Source: Raillietiella orientalis
Lineage: Eukaryota
Length of the DNA stretch: 64,000 nt
Direction of reading: 5' to 3'
Assembly (NCBI GenBank): GCA_036172245.1
Contig: JAYWIR010000012.1
Coordinates: 2,728,001 to 2,792,000, forward strand
Shown piece after piece: positions 62,716-64,000 of this stretch. Under the pieces are notes generated by a model, which searched no databases, was not told the origin of the DNA, and was given only the letters and a program-made list of their open reading frames with translations. Position 1 is the first letter of the stretch, and every line of letters starts with the position of its first letter. A program made the position numbers and the translations under genes.

Positions 62716-64000
62716 CCTGATATTCCGACTGAGCGCAGGCCAGCGAAGGACCTCTCCGCAGCAGAACCAGCCTGTTGTTCGGCCCTTGCTCCATCCCGTC
62801 GCTGGGTCTCCCGCGCGCTCCAGGAAAGGTCCCCCCACCCCGCCCGCGCGCTCGTTTAGCAGGGGACGCTTCGGGTTTCCGATGCTCCGTCCTCGCTTTC
62901 CGCTTGGCGCGCGCCGGAATTTATGATCCCGTTAATGCAATTCTCAAGATGGATCGCGACTCAGAAGAGCCCCCCCCCCCTCCAAGTTCATCCGAGATTT
63001 CTCGCTTCCTCCATCAATCCTATTCGTGGCATCCGAATTTCCTGCGCTTCGCTTGCAGCGGAGCGGCTGCGACGCGCGCGCGCGAGCGCGCTTGGGTTTC
63101 GCAACACCGTTACGGGATATTTATGGGAAGAAAAGGAGTGAATTGCGGCTGGAGCAGAGCATCCGAAAGACGTTTTCATTTCGGATAAAGGGGGAGTAAA
63201 AGAGGAAGAGGAGAAAAAAATTCTCTTTATGTCGTTTGGGAAGGGAGCGCCGAGGTGGTAGGGGAGGAGGCGAGGGAAGAGGCAGACGGGAATTCCTCCG
63301 ATCTCCGTGAATCCAGCCTCTTCCATCCGACGCAGGTCCCTTTACTGATGGTGGGAGCCGTGGCGGGAATGGCATTCCGCCACGTGCGGTGGTGGTCAGC
63401 CTCGATACCCTGGACCGAAAGGAGGGGGCGCGCAGCTGCCTATGTGGTCACCGTACCGTTGAAGAGCCCCCAGCGATTTTTTCGTGCAACTCTTCCTTCC
63501 CCGTCTCCGCGTTCCCCGCCACCTCCCGTCGAACGACCAAGCAAAAAGAAAAAAAAAGCCCTTGCCGTGCCAGAGCGGGGAGCTCGCTTGCCTTGGGAAG
63601 CAGCGCCCTGCCAGCAAGGTCGACTCCACCTCCAGGGGGGCTCACTTTTCAATTTGTGACCCCTGGGACGGAAAAATGGTGGGACCCAGGAATTTAGACG
63701 AAGCTCGCACTTTGCGAAAATCGAAAACGAATCGCACAAAGTCTCCGGGGAGGTCCCCGGAGGAAAAGGAGGAAGGGCTGGGCTCCCCCTCGAACGCTGC
63801 AACCCGCAAACGAGCACAAGGCGCTGCTACTGCTGCTCGCGGTCAGCACCACCACTCCGTTGTTGCGTGGCGCACGCGGGTGGCACGCGCGCAGCAGCAG
63901 GGTGACACTTGATATACATCCGGGGTCGTTTTGATCCACTGCGAAGCCCGCGTTTGAAACACACGCAACGTGCTTGGGATGCTTCTCACGGATTCTCCTT

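Noticed and set aside
1..64000. CRISPR array, retron/DGR or another prokaryotic RT system
   Set aside because: No regularly spaced direct repeats or operon-like gene packing; all RT motifs are non-LTR retrotransposon type and pseudogenised.

Overview
GC-rich, CpG-rich eukaryotic (probably metazoan) non-genic DNA. Most of the window is a graveyard of heavily decayed L1/Tx1-clade non-LTR retrotransposons (LINEs) in both orientations. They are recognisable only through fragmentary ORF1 zinc-knuckle, AP-endonuclease (EN), reverse-transcriptase (RT) and zf-RVT motifs broken by stops and frameshifts. There are also at least seven copies or fragments of a ~650-750 bp tRNA-headed SINE-like family and one decayed C2H2 zinc-finger fragment. 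I found no intact protein-coding gene, RNA gene, CRISPR array or prokaryotic system; the long ORFs in the track look like GC-content artefacts. The most striking signal is a ~555 bp, CpG-rich, near-identical segment present three times (24181-24734 +, 58152-58713 +, 60353-60909 -). Each copy lies at the ORF1/ORF2 junction of an otherwise very old, mutually diverged LINE copy, and identity falls off toward its edges. This suggests a recent homogenising gene-conversion sweep or homing-like patch through dead LINE copies, an exapted conserved element, or an assembly artefact. All motif assignments were made by eye and remnant boundaries are approximate.
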